Virus record (IMG/VR): IMGVR_UViG_3300030330_005258
Location: 1 to 64,000 of that record
Reading direction: 5' to 3' (one strand)
Source: a virus
Lineage: Duplodnaviria; Caudoviricetes
Length of the DNA: 64,000 nucleotides
Shown: in pieces, positions 52,255 to 62,300 of the stretch
Layout of the letters: each line of letters starts with the position of its first letter
Position numbering within the stretch: the stretch's first letter is position 1
Notes under the pieces: generated by a model
Database searches by the model: none
What the model was told of the DNA's origin: nothing
What the model saw: the letters and a program-made list of their open reading frames with translations, nothing else
Program-made: the position numbers and the translations under genes

Positions 52255-53583
52255 ATGGCTAAGAAAAACTATGTCCTTGATACTAGTGTGTACCTAACAG
52301 ACGCTGATGCACTATTCAAGTTTGACAATCACGACATCTTCATCCCTCTCAAGGTTCTTGAAGAAATCGATAAGCACAAGAAGCGTCAAGATTCTGTTGG
52401 AATCAACGCTCGAAAGATCATTAGAACGCTTGACGAACTGCGTGCAAAAGGTAATCTACAAAAGGGCGCAAGACTCGGTAAGGGTAAGGGCGTTCTTAAG
52501 GCTGTCTCTTATGAAGTTTTAAAAGATGTTGTCTTTCCTTCTGATCTCGACCTAAGCATACCCGATCACATGATCATTGCAACCGCGACGGCGGTGCGCC
52601 AAGAGTCCACCCGCAAGACTTGCGTTGTGTCTCGTGACATTAACATGCGCGTCATCTGTGATTCAATTGGTATGCCATCCGAAGACTACACAACAGAGCG
52701 CGTTGTACATTCTTCAGACGAACTCTACTCTGGTTTGGCTGTACATCTTGTAGATGATCAGGTAATCGATCGCTTCTATGACGACGAAGATATTTTGATC
52801 GGAGAGGACGAAGTAGAAGGAGAATGGCACCCAAACCAGTATGTGCTTATGGTATCCAATGCCAATGAGAAAAAAACATGTTTAGGGCGCTTCTATACCC
52901 ATTTTCAGCCCATAAAAAAAATAGTCCACTCCAAGATACCTGATTGGAAAATATCATCAAGAAACAAGGAGCAGGCGTTCGCAATTGACCTTCTTATGGA
53001 TCCGTCTGTAAAGGTTGTGTCACTTGTTGGGCGTGCTGGTTCTGGTAAGACTCTGTGTGCGATTGCTGCCGGACTGCAACAGACGATTGGTCTGAGGGAA
53101 AATCCATATGATCGGATGATTGTCTCGCGCCCCGTTCAGCCACTTGGCAAGGACATTGGTTTCTTGCCTGGAACGATGGAAGAAAAGATGCTTCCTTGGC
53201 TGATGCCCATCCAAGATAACCTTCAGTTTTTGGTTGGAGGCAACAGAAACACGCTCCAGATGTACATGGACCAAGGCAAGATTGAAATCGAAGCACTAAC
53301 CTACATACGCGGACGCTCCATCGCAAACGCTTTTATTATAATAGATGAAGCACAAAACTTAACAGCACACGAAATTAAGACTATAATGACTCGTGTGGGT
53401 GAAGGAACCAAAATTGTGCTTACAGGTGACATAGAACAAATTGATAACGTGTATGTGAACGAGACCTCTAACGGTCTTGCACATGCGGTTGAGAAGTTTA
53501 AGGAATATCCTATCGCTGGGCATGTCACCTTCACAAAGGGCGAGCGGTCCGAAGTTGCCACACTTGCGTCAAAGGTATTGTAA
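52255..53583 (+). CDS. phoH: PIN-PhoH protein (PhoH2/YlaK type)
   Basis: YVLDTSV PIN domain; GRAGSGKT; GFLPG; YIRGRS; IIDEAQN. Confidence 0.92.
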   Translation: MAKKNYVLDTSVYLTDADALFKFDNHDIFIPLKVLEEIDKHKKRQDSVGINARKIIRTLDELRAKGNLQKGARLGKGKGVLKAVSYEVLKDVVFPSDLDLSIPDHMIIATATAVRQESTRKTCVVSRDINMRVICDSIGMPSEDYTTERVVHSSDELYSGLAVHLVDDQVIDRFYDDEDILIGEDEVEGEWHPNQYVLMVSNANEKKTCLGRFYTHFQPIKKIVHSKIPDWKISSRNKEQAFAIDLLMDPSVKVVSLVGRAGSGKTLCAIAAGLQQTIGLRENPYDRMIVSRPVQPLGKDIGFLPGTMEEKMLPWLMPIQDNLQFLVGGNRNTLQMYMDQGKIEIEALTYIRGRSIANAFIIIDEAQNLTAHEIKTIMTRVGEGTKIVLTGDIEQIDNVYVNETSNGLAHAVEKFKEYPIAGHVTFTKGERSEVATLASKVL

Positions 53584-54023
53584 TGTTTATCCAAATCATT
53601 CTAGGAATCTTTGCAGCTTCGTTTATTGAGTGGATAGTTCACAAACACATCTTACATGAGCTAGGAAAAAAGAAAGTATCAATTTTTTCTTTTCACTGGG
53701 GTGTCCACCACGCCCATGCTAGAAGAAATAATTTTCTTGATAGCAACATATCTGCTAGGGAAGCATTCGGGGTTTTTAGCCTTTGTGTTCTTGCATTACC
53801 AATTTTATTCTTGCTTCCTTTCATGTATTATGTTATGTTATTACATGCTGCTGCCTATTATGTTTTACATACGGTAGCACATCGATATCCAAGCTTTGCT
53901 AAAAAGTGGATGCCTTGGCACTATGATCATCACATGGGCAAGAACCAAAACATGAACTGGTGTGTCGTTCACCCGCTAGCAGACTGGATTATGAAAACAA
54001 GGATAAAATATGACTACGAGTAA
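53583..54023 (+). CDS. Fatty acid hydroxylase/sterol desaturase-like membrane protein
   Basis: HKHILH, HWGVHH, HTVAH and HYDHH His boxes; TMs. Confidence 0.8.
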   Translation: MFIQIILGIFAASFIEWIVHKHILHELGKKKVSIFSFHWGVHHAHARRNNFLDSNISAREAFGVFSLCVLALPILFLLPFMYYVMLLHAAAYYVLHTVAHRYPSFAKKWMPWHYDHHMGKNQNMNWCVVHPLADWIMKTRIKYDYE

Positions 54024-54306
54024 TAATGAAGTCTCCGTTGGAGACAATGTAAATGTCGGAGCAAACGTTGTAGTTGCTGCCGAAAACCCTCTAAAGCAAA
54101 TGTTGCTGGAATACGTTGGCAATAAGTATGCGACAGAAGAGGACGAAGGTGAGTTTGAAGTCACAGTCCAAATGATTGTAGACACGCTTGCACATGAATT
54201 CCCAGAGTTCGTCATGATTATGGCAGAAGAGAACTGGGTGAGAGGATATCAACAAGGAATAGACGATGCCACTAAGTTACCTCCAACAACGCCAACAGAT
54301 GCTTGA
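54010..54306 (+). CDS. Hypothetical protein
   Basis: Coupled ORF. Confidence 0.65.
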   Translation: MTTSNNEVSVGDNVNVGANVVVAAENPLKQMLLEYVGNKYATEEDEGEFEVTVQMIVDTLAHEFPEFVMIMAEENWVRGYQQGIDDATKLPPTTPTDA

Positions 54307-54955
54307 GCAATCAAATAATTTTTATACACCCTCGGGCATTCATGTCTATACCAAAGACGAAATGATGAATGACCTTGTTGATTTGGAGGGGGTTGTTTCA
54401 AAATTAGAAGCGACCCTCCCAGATCATCTAAGGGATGGTGTGGAAATGATCATTGTTGGTCAGTTTGATGAGTTTGCTGAAAGAGACATAAACGCATTCT
54501 ACAAGGATGGCGCCCTATATGTCTCTAATTTTCAAACCGATAACGACGACTTACTTGATGATTTAATTCATGAGACAGCACACTCTGTTGAAGAACAATA
54601 TGGAATGGAAATATACGCAGATCAAAAAATAAAAAATGAGTTTTTGAGAAAGCGAGAACACTTATACAATATCTTGTCAAAAATGAATATGGCGACAGAC
54701 AAACAGAGATTCATGGATACTGAATACGAACAGGAATTTGATGAATACCTCTTTAATGATGTAGGCTATGATAAATTGTCTGAGATATTAAAGGGTGTTG
54801 TTGTAACTCCCTACGCTATGACTTCGTTGCGAGAGTATTTCGCAACAGCATTTACAGAGTTTTACTTCCAGCCTGACTCTCATAATTACATAAAGAAGGT
54901 ATCTCCAGAGCTTTACAGAAAGCTCGCCATGTTACACCAAGAAGGAGACACTTGA
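54266..54955 (+). CDS. Zincin-like metallopeptidase
   Basis: LIHETAH and distal REYFA. Confidence 0.72.
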   Translation: MPLSYLQQRQQMLEQSNNFYTPSGIHVYTKDEMMNDLVDLEGVVSKLEATLPDHLRDGVEMIIVGQFDEFAERDINAFYKDGALYVSNFQTDNDDLLDDLIHETAHSVEEQYGMEIYADQKIKNEFLRKREHLYNILSKMNMATDKQRFMDTEYEQEFDEYLFNDVGYDKLSEILKGVVVTPYAMTSLREYFATAFTEFYFQPDSHNYIKKVSPELYRKLAMLHQEGDT

Positions 54956-54980
54956 CATTTGCACCAGAGGGTGTTATATT
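54952..54980 (+). promoter_or_regulatory. sigma70-type promoter
   Basis: TTGACA-17-TATATT. Confidence 0.72.
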
Positions 54981-54999
54981 AGGGGTATAGGAGATTACT

Positions 55000-55758
55000 A
55001 TGCCCCATATTTCGTTCTCGGCATTAAAAGATTGGAACACCTGCGCTTGGTATCACAAGCTAACGCGCATTGACAAGGTAAAAGGCTTCACTGGCAACGC
55101 CTTCACAGCATTTGGAAATGCCATCCATGATGTCTGTGAGAAGAAGCTGCTCAAAGAAGAGATTGAAGAGGAAGACTATTTCCTCAAAAGGTTTGAACAT
55201 TTTCTTGGGACTCTTGATGAAGAGCCAGATCAGAAGCTCGTATCGGACATGCGCTCACAAGGCAAAGCCATTCTGCCTGAGATTGAAGATGCGCTTGAAG
55301 ATTACTTCGGAGAGTATGAAGTACTTGGCTCCGAGATTCCACTTGATGAACCAATTGAAGGTGAAGACAAATTTATTTTCAAGGGCTACATCGACGGCGT
55401 TATTGCCACTCCCGATGGTAAGATTCATATCTTCGACTGGAAGACTTGTTCTTGGGGCTGGGATGCCAAGCGCCGTAGTGCCCCAATGACTACTTACCAG
55501 CTTACCCTTTACAAGTATTTCTTTGCTCGTAAGATGGAAATTGATCCAAAGAATATTGAGACGCACTTCGCCCTGCTCAAGAGAACATCGAAGAAAGATA
55601 AAGTTGAATTTTTCAGAGTAACGTCTGGTCCGAGAAAGACTGAGAACGCTACAAAACTTTTGAAAAAAGCACTATACAATATCAAGAACAAGAGATACAT
55701 TAAGAACAGACTTTCTTGTAAGTTTTGTGAATTTAACAAAACAGAGCATTGTATGTAG
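55000..55758 (+). CDS. PD-(D/E)XK (RecB/Cas4-like) exonuclease
   Basis: GNAIH, GYIDG, DWKT, QLTLY, C-terminal CKFC...C. Confidence 0.88.
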   Translation: MPHISFSALKDWNTCAWYHKLTRIDKVKGFTGNAFTAFGNAIHDVCEKKLLKEEIEEEDYFLKRFEHFLGTLDEEPDQKLVSDMRSQGKAILPEIEDALEDYFGEYEVLGSEIPLDEPIEGEDKFIFKGYIDGVIATPDGKIHIFDWKTCSWGWDAKRRSAPMTTYQLTLYKYFFARKMEIDPKNIETHFALLKRTSKKDKVEFFRVTSGPRKTENATKLLKKALYNIKNKRYIKNRLSCKFCEFNKTEHCM

Positions 55759-55766
55759 AGGAATTG

Positions 55767-57035
55767 ATGACAAAGAAAAAGATTTTGGTCCTGTCGGACC
55801 ACCCGCTATCACCATCTGGTGTTGGCTCACAAACAAAGTATGTAATTGAAGCCCTCCTAAAGACCGGACGCTATCAATTCATTTGCCTTGGCGGGGCGAT
55901 GAAGCACAAAGATTATACACCGCAAAAGGTTGATCCCTGGGGTGATGATTTTCGTATTTTCCCTGTCGATGGATACGGTAATCATGAAATTATTCGTTCT
56001 GTTTTGCAAAAAGAGCGCCCCGACGCACTCTGGTTTATGACCGACCCTCGCTTTTATGGTTGGCTTTGGGAAATTGAAAATGAGATTCGTGCAAATATCC
56101 CAATGATTTATTATCATGTTTGGGACAACTTTCCTCCTCCTTACTTCAACGCGGACTTTTATAATTCCAATGATGTGGTTGCCTGCATATCCAAGGTCAC
56201 ACACGAAATTGTTAAATCTGTAGCACCAGAAGTTGACTCCGTTTATTTGCCACATGCAGTAAACGAGTTGTTCTTTTGTCCTGCAAAGTCAGAGGAAGAT
56301 AAAGCCGTTGTTAATAACCTGAGAGCAGATCTAACAAGGCAAAATAAAAATAAAAAAATATTCTTTTGGAACAATCGAAATGCTAGAAGAAAACAAAGTG
56401 GTACTCTAATATGGTGGTTCAAAGAATGGCTTGATAAGGTTGGTCATGATAAAGCCATGTTGCTTATGCATACTGACGCAAAGGACCCACACGGGCAAGA
56501 CCTTCCTCATATAATAAATCATCTAGGTTTACATCAAGGACAAGTATTGTTATCAACCACCAAGGTGGCTCCACAACAATTAGCAAATTTGTATAGAGCA
56601 GCGGACTATACGATTAATATATCTGATGCCGAAGGATTCGGTTTGGCAACTCTTGAGTCTTTATCATGTGGCACACCAATAATTGTCAATATGACAGGCG
56701 GTTTGCAAGAACAAGTTACTGATGGTAAAAACTTTTTTGGTTTTGCAATAAATCCTTCATCAAAAACTGTCATTGGCTCATTGCAAGTTCCTTACATTTA
56801 TGAAGATAGAATTTCACAAACAGATTTTGAAAAATCTTTAACTAAAGCGCTAAGATTGCCATCAAAAAAATATCGTCAAATGTCTGCGGCTGGACGAAGG
56901 CACGTCCTAAAATCATACAATTTTGAAAAGTTTGAAAAGTCTTGGGTTGATTTGATGGATAAGGTTATAGAAGAAAATGGCTCTTGGGAAAATAGAAAAC
57001 AATATAAAAATTGGCATCTTATGGAGGTAGCATGA
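55767..57035 (+). CDS. GT-B (GT4-like) glycosyltransferase
   Basis: NRNARRK; EGFGLATLESLSCGTP. Confidence 0.88.
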   Translation: MTKKKILVLSDHPLSPSGVGSQTKYVIEALLKTGRYQFICLGGAMKHKDYTPQKVDPWGDDFRIFPVDGYGNHEIIRSVLQKERPDALWFMTDPRFYGWLWEIENEIRANIPMIYYHVWDNFPPPYFNADFYNSNDVVACISKVTHEIVKSVAPEVDSVYLPHAVNELFFCPAKSEEDKAVVNNLRADLTRQNKNKKIFFWNNRNARRKQSGTLIWWFKEWLDKVGHDKAMLLMHTDAKDPHGQDLPHIINHLGLHQGQVLLSTTKVAPQQLANLYRAADYTINISDAEGFGLATLESLSCGTPIIVNMTGGLQEQVTDGKNFFGFAINPSSKTVIGSLQVPYIYEDRISQTDFEKSLTKALRLPSKKYRQMSAAGRRHVLKSYNFEKFEKSWVDLMDKVIEENGSWENRKQYKNWHLMEVA

Positions 57036-58276
57036 GAAAAAAGATACTGTTAAAAGGACCGTTACTGACCCGCTCCGGCTATGGCGAACAGGCAAGATTT
57101 GCACTACGCTCTCTAAGGTCCAGAGAAGATTTATTTGATATTTTTATCCAACCACTACAGTGGGGGCAAACTTCTTGGACAAACGAAGTAAACGAAGAAA
57201 GACTTTGGATTGACCAAACAATTGAAAAAACAATAGCCTATATTCAGCAAGGGGGCACCTTCGATATGTCTCTACAGGTTACAATTCCAAATGAGTTTCA
57301 AAAAATTGCACACTACAACATTGGTTATACAGCGGGCATTGAAACAACAAAGGCAGCCCCACAGTGGCTTGTAAAATGCAATGAAATGGATAAAATTATA
57401 ACGATATCAAGTTTTTCAAAAAGTGTTCTGGACTCAACTGAATACCAAGCACAAGTCAAGGAGACTGGAGAAAATGTCATTGTTAGAACTGAAACTGATG
57501 TAGAATTTGTTAATTATCCAGTTAAGGTTTATGATGAATTACCAGAACTAGATCTGGACATTACAACTTCTTTCAACTTTCTCACTGTAGCCCAGTTTGG
57601 TCCAAGAAAAAACCTACAAAATACCATAAAATGGTTTGTAGAAGAATTTAGAAATGATGATGTTGGATTAGTTGTTAAATCAAATATTGCAAAAAACTCG
57701 TTAATAGATCGAAATACACTCAAAGGCAATATTTCTTCCTTACTACAGTCATTGGGCGATAGACAGTGTAAAGTCTACTTGTTACATGGAGATATGACTG
57801 ATGAAGAAATGCACTCTCTGTATAAAAACGAAAAGATTAATGCATTTGTTTCTCTCCCACATGGTGAGGGGTTTGGGCTTCCTCTATTTGAGGCAGCATA
57901 CTCTGAACTTCCTGTAGTTACGGTAGGCTGGTCTGGACAAATGGACTTTCTTGTAGATGAGCAGGGTCAAGAACAATTTTATAATGTTGCCTTTGATCTA
58001 CAACAAGTTCAAAAAGAGGTTGTTTGGGACGGCGTCATAGTGGCGGACAGTATGTGGGCATATGCTCGCGAAGGCTCTGCAAAGCAACAGATGAGGCTTT
58101 GTTACGAGCATGGAATTGCGGGAACAACAAAGTGGGATAATTCTCGAATTACAGAGCGCTTTTCTAGCGAAAAGATGTATAGTAAATTTGTCAGCGCCAC
58201 GGGCATACATAATTTTGTGAGCGATGATAATGTTGATGAGTGGCTGGATAGTTTAGGAATCGAAGAGTATGAATGA
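57032..58276 (+). CDS. GT-B (GT4-like) glycosyltransferase
   Basis: SGYG; RKN; GEGFGLPLFEAA. Confidence 0.88.
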   Translation: MRKKILLKGPLLTRSGYGEQARFALRSLRSREDLFDIFIQPLQWGQTSWTNEVNEERLWIDQTIEKTIAYIQQGGTFDMSLQVTIPNEFQKIAHYNIGYTAGIETTKAAPQWLVKCNEMDKIITISSFSKSVLDSTEYQAQVKETGENVIVRTETDVEFVNYPVKVYDELPELDLDITTSFNFLTVAQFGPRKNLQNTIKWFVEEFRNDDVGLVVKSNIAKNSLIDRNTLKGNISSLLQSLGDRQCKVYLLHGDMTDEEMHSLYKNEKINAFVSLPHGEGFGLPLFEAAYSELPVVTVGWSGQMDFLVDEQGQEQFYNVAFDLQQVQKEVVWDGVIVADSMWAYAREGSAKQQMRLCYEHGIAGTTKWDNSRITERFSSEKMYSKFVSATGIHNFVSDDNVDEWLDSLGIEEYE

Positions 58277-59114
58277 AATTGTTTATATAGCTGACTCGAT
58301 GTATCCAGAATTCATTGGCGGCGGCGAATTAAACGATTATGAACTTTGTGAAATTTTAAAAAACAATGTTAATGTTCAAAAAATAAAATCTTCAAATGTT
58401 ACAACTGATTTTTTATCAAAAAATGAAGACTGCTTTTTTATATTATCAAATTTTTTATTATTGAATAAAAATTGTTATAATTTCATACTAAACAATTTAA
58501 AATATGTTATTTATGAACATGACCATAAATATTTGAGGTCTAGAAATCCAGCAGAATATATTAATTATCAAGCTCCGCAATCAGAGATAGTAAACAAACA
58601 GCTTTACATAAATGCAATAGCGGTATTGTGCCAAAGCTCTTTTCATAAAAATATAATAGAAAAGAACACCGGCTTAAAAAACGTTGTAAATTTGTCTGGA
58701 AATTTATGGAGTATGGCAACCCTTGACGTTCTAGAGAAAAATAGCTTGAAACCAAAGCATGATTTAGTTTCTATAATGAAAAGCAATAACTGGCATAAAA
58801 ATACTTCAGATGCTATCTCATACTGCGCAGCCAAAAAACTAAATTACGAATTAATCCATGCCGCTCCATATGAAAAGTTTTTAAACAATTTGTCAAACAA
58901 CAACAAGCTAGTATTCTTCCCAAAGACTCCAGAAACTTTATCAAGAATTTGTGTAGAAGCGAGAATGATGGGAATGTCAGTAGTAACAAACAAGAATGTT
59001 GGTGCTTCATATGAAGATTGGTTTTCTCTGAAAGGTAAAAAAATGATAGATTTTATGAAAAATAAAAGAATTGAAATTAGTCAAGTTATTAAGGATCTGA
59101 TAAGTGAAAAATAA
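58269..59114 (+). CDS. Glycosyltransferase-like protein
   Basis: GGGE; ETLSRICVEARMMG. Confidence 0.72.
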   Translation: MNEIVYIADSMYPEFIGGGELNDYELCEILKNNVNVQKIKSSNVTTDFLSKNEDCFFILSNFLLLNKNCYNFILNNLKYVIYEHDHKYLRSRNPAEYINYQAPQSEIVNKQLYINAIAVLCQSSFHKNIIEKNTGLKNVVNLSGNLWSMATLDVLEKNSLKPKHDLVSIMKSNNWHKNTSDAISYCAAKKLNYELIHAAPYEKFLNNLSNNNKLVFFPKTPETLSRICVEARMMGMSVVTNKNVGASYEDWFSLKGKKMIDFMKNKRIEISQVIKDLISEK

Positions 59115-59853
59115 ATTTTTAATTGTAATGCCTTTTTACAACGCCCAGAAGTGGGTATCAAAAAGCATTAAAAGCGTAAAGTTGCAAAATTATGACAACT
59201 TTCATTGCATTGTCGCGGATGATTGTTCAACAGACCAATCTTACGAGATTTGTAAACAATCAATTGGTAATGACAATAGGTTTACACTTATCAGGAGCGA
59301 GACTAATTTAGGTCCACTTGGAAACGCCTATGAAGCAGCCATGAATCACGGAAAGAACAAAGACGATATTATTGTAATATTAGATGGTGATGATTTTTTT
59401 TATAGCCCCAATACTTTGCAAATTTTAAATGATGCGTACAATGCTAATGATTGCTGGATGACATATGGTAGTTATATTAACCTATCAAATAAAAATGTTG
59501 GTAAATTTTCAAGACAACTACCACAGAAAGTAATTAAAGAGAATTTATTCAGGAATTATGAGTGGTGTACATCACACTTGAGAAGTTATAAACTTGGTTT
59601 ACTACAAAGTGTCAGAAGACAAGATCTTTTAGATGAAGAGGGGAGATACATTCGCGCCGCTGGTGACTTGGCATTAATGTTCCCATTGCTGGAGATGAGT
59701 TCTGAGCGTTCACAATTTATAAAAGATATTCTTTATATCTGGAACGACTTAAACGAAATGAACGAACATAAAACCAAAAGGGAACTACAAATAAAAAGCG
59801 AGCTATACATTAGAAACATGACAAAGTATAATAGAATTGAGGAATTAGTATGA
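59104..59853 (+). CDS. GT2 glycosyltransferase
   Basis: VMPFYN, DDCSTD, LDGDD. Confidence 0.9.
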   Translation: MKNKFLIVMPFYNAQKWVSKSIKSVKLQNYDNFHCIVADDCSTDQSYEICKQSIGNDNRFTLIRSETNLGPLGNAYEAAMNHGKNKDDIIVILDGDDFFYSPNTLQILNDAYNANDCWMTYGSYINLSNKNVGKFSRQLPQKVIKENLFRNYEWCTSHLRSYKLGLLQSVRRQDLLDEEGRYIRAAGDLALMFPLLEMSSERSQFIKDILYIWNDLNEMNEHKTKRELQIKSELYIRNMTKYNRIEELV

Positions 59854-60707
59854 CAATTGAAAAAAACAAACTCTACTTGGTTACTGGTGCAACAGGTTTT
59901 CTTGGGCAGACATTGGTTGAGAAAATCATAGCCCTCGGAGGGCGCGTTAGGGCTTTTAGTAGAAACGAAGGGAAGCTAATAACTTTAAAGCAAGCATTCC
60001 CAAGTGTTGAAATATACACAGGTGATATATCAGATAAGTTTGAAACTAGACAAGCGATGGCTGGCGTGGATGGAGTTTTTCATCTTGCCGCATCTAAGCA
60101 CGTTGGTCTCGCCGAGACATACAGCAGAGAATGCACAAAAACTAATGTTATTGGTAGCCTTAACATTCTGGAAGAATCATTAGATAGCAAGCTTGATTTT
60201 GTAATCGGAATTAGTACAGACAAAGCAGCCCAAGTTAGTGGCGTTTACGGAGCCTCTAAGTTGCTTATGGAAAGACTATTTCTTCAGTTTGAAAGAGTCA
60301 ATCCAGGCACAAGTTATAGAATTGTTAGATATGGAAATGTCCTTTATTCCACAGGCTCTGTTCTCTGCAAGTGGAAAGATTTATTATTGCAAGGAAAGCA
60401 GGTTATTGTGACTGACCCCGCCGCAACAAGGTTTTTTTGGACCCGCGACCAAGCAGTTGAATTAATTTTTTCTTGTCTTGAGAAGGCGCCTAGTGCCCAT
60501 CCTTGGGTACCACAAATGAGATCAATGACAATAGGTGATTTATTGACAGCCATGTCCACAAAATATTTACCAGAAGGCTGCGCTCTTGATATAAAACAAA
60601 TAGGTTTACAGCCCGGCGAGAACTTACATGAAAAGATAATGGAAGAAGGACCCGCTTCAAATGAAGTTGAACGATTTTCCATAGATGAAATAATGGAGAT
60701 TATCTAA
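59850..60707 (+). CDS. NDP-sugar 4,6-dehydratase (PseB/CapD-like SDR)
   Basis: TGATGFLG, HLAASKHV, STDKA, YGASK, RYGNV, PGENLHE. Confidence 0.88.
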   Translation: MTIEKNKLYLVTGATGFLGQTLVEKIIALGGRVRAFSRNEGKLITLKQAFPSVEIYTGDISDKFETRQAMAGVDGVFHLAASKHVGLAETYSRECTKTNVIGSLNILEESLDSKLDFVIGISTDKAAQVSGVYGASKLLMERLFLQFERVNPGTSYRIVRYGNVLYSTGSVLCKWKDLLLQGKQVIVTDPAATRFFWTRDQAVELIFSCLEKAPSAHPWVPQMRSMTIGDLLTAMSTKYLPEGCALDIKQIGLQPGENLHEKIMEEGPASNEVERFSIDEIMEII

Positions 60708-62299
60708 TGAAAATAGCCGGTCTTTGTTCTGGGCATGACTGCTCATTTGCAGTTTTGGAAGATGGGGTGCCTGTTATTCATGCAGAGCTTGAGAGGTACT
60801 TGAGAGTAAAAGAGCCACTCGGTGACTCACTTGAATTTCTTTTTGACACATATCCAGAGTTTAACGATATAAAACACTTCACTCATTGTGTGGATACTTG
60901 GAATGGTGGTATAAGAAATAGATACCCTTCTACATTCAAAAATATGCAAAATATCTTAAACAAAAACTCTGGTAAATTTTATGAACCGGGTCACCATGAG
61001 TCGCACGCTGCTAACGCGTTTTTTTCTAGCAATTTTGATGACGCCTTGATCGTGACGATTGACGGCGGCGGTAGGGATTATGATAAAAACGGAAATGTAA
61101 TCATAACAACTTTTACAATTTGGAAAGGCGAAGGAAACAAGATTAAGCCAATTATCATAATCCCAATAGAAAAACTCAATCTTGGTGTAATGTGGCAATT
61201 ATGCACGACAAATATTTTTGGTTTATCAGGAGGGTACCCAAAGGGAAATCAAGCTGGTTCCGTAATGGCAATGGCTGTAATGGGAGACCCGTCAGAGCAT
61301 TATAGTTACTTTAAAATGTATGGCGGTAATATACAACACACGAATTTTGACTTTGAAAGATTTAGGAAGCTAGCAAATGAATCAGAAGAACAAAGGTTTA
61401 ATATTGCAGCATCATTACAAAAAGTAACGGAAGATATAGTCAGATCTATCATACTCAAGTATGCAAAAAAGTATCCTTCAAAAAATCTTTGCCTATCTGG
61501 TGGGGTTGTATTAAATTCTGTGATGTCTGGCAAAATGTTTGACTGGTTTAAGGATATGTATGATGATATATATATGTGCCCAGTGCCATATGATGCAGGT
61601 CTTGCAATTGGTGCAGCACAGTGGCTATGGCATCAAGAACTAGACAACCCTCGAATATCTTGGGACAAAAATGCCACCCCATATCTTGGAGAGCTTTATA
61701 ATAAAAATGATGTAATCTCGGCAATTGAAAAATTCGATGATAGAGTAATATCACATCAAGCTGATGATCAATCAGTGTTAGAGAAGCTCGCCGATCAAAA
61801 AATTGTTTCTGTATTCACGGGTGGTTCAGAATCTGGTCGCCGCGCTCTTGGCAACAGAAGTATTTTGGCAGACCCAAGATCTCCAAATATGAAGGATATT
61901 ATAAATGAAAAAGTCAAGCATAGGCAATGGTATAGACCGTTTGCGCCTGCCATATTAAGAGAGCGAGTCACAGACTGGTTTGTAAGAGATATTGAAAGCC
62001 CTTATATGGGTTTTGTAATAAAATTTAAAAACGATGTAATTGACAAAGTTCCAGCAGTAGTACACCACGACGGCTCAGGTAGGCTTCAGACTGTAAGAGA
62101 AACTGATAATAAATGGTTCTACAACTTTTTAAAGAAATGGGAGGACCTTACAGAAGTGCCAATACTATTAAACACTAGTTTTAATGATAGAGAACCGATT
62201 GTCGAAACGCCAGAAGATGCAATAAAATGTTTCTTAAAGACCGACATAGATTATTTGTATTTTTGTGATTACAATATTGTTTTAGAAAAGAAGGTGTAA
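60707..62299 (+). CDS. O-carbamoyltransferase (NodU/CmcH family)
   Basis: GHD, HHESHA, DGGG, ALGNRSILADP, RPFAP, LLNTSFN. Confidence 0.92.
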   Translation: MKIAGLCSGHDCSFAVLEDGVPVIHAELERYLRVKEPLGDSLEFLFDTYPEFNDIKHFTHCVDTWNGGIRNRYPSTFKNMQNILNKNSGKFYEPGHHESHAANAFFSSNFDDALIVTIDGGGRDYDKNGNVIITTFTIWKGEGNKIKPIIIIPIEKLNLGVMWQLCTTNIFGLSGGYPKGNQAGSVMAMAVMGDPSEHYSYFKMYGGNIQHTNFDFERFRKLANESEEQRFNIAASLQKVTEDIVRSIILKYAKKYPSKNLCLSGGVVLNSVMSGKMFDWFKDMYDDIYMCPVPYDAGLAIGAAQWLWHQELDNPRISWDKNATPYLGELYNKNDVISAIEKFDDRVISHQADDQSVLEKLADQKIVSVFTGGSESGRRALGNRSILADPRSPNMKDIINEKVKHRQWYRPFAPAILRERVTDWFVRDIESPYMGFVIKFKNDVIDKVPAVVHHDGSGRLQTVRETDNKWFYNFLKKWEDLTEVPILLNTSFNDREPIVETPEDAIKCFLKTDIDYLYFCDYNIVLEKKV

Positions 62300-62300
62300 T

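Noticed and set aside
55000-55758. Cas4 as evidence of a CRISPR system
   Set aside because: Stand-alone PD-(D/E)XK nucleases are common in phages, and there is no array or other cas gene.
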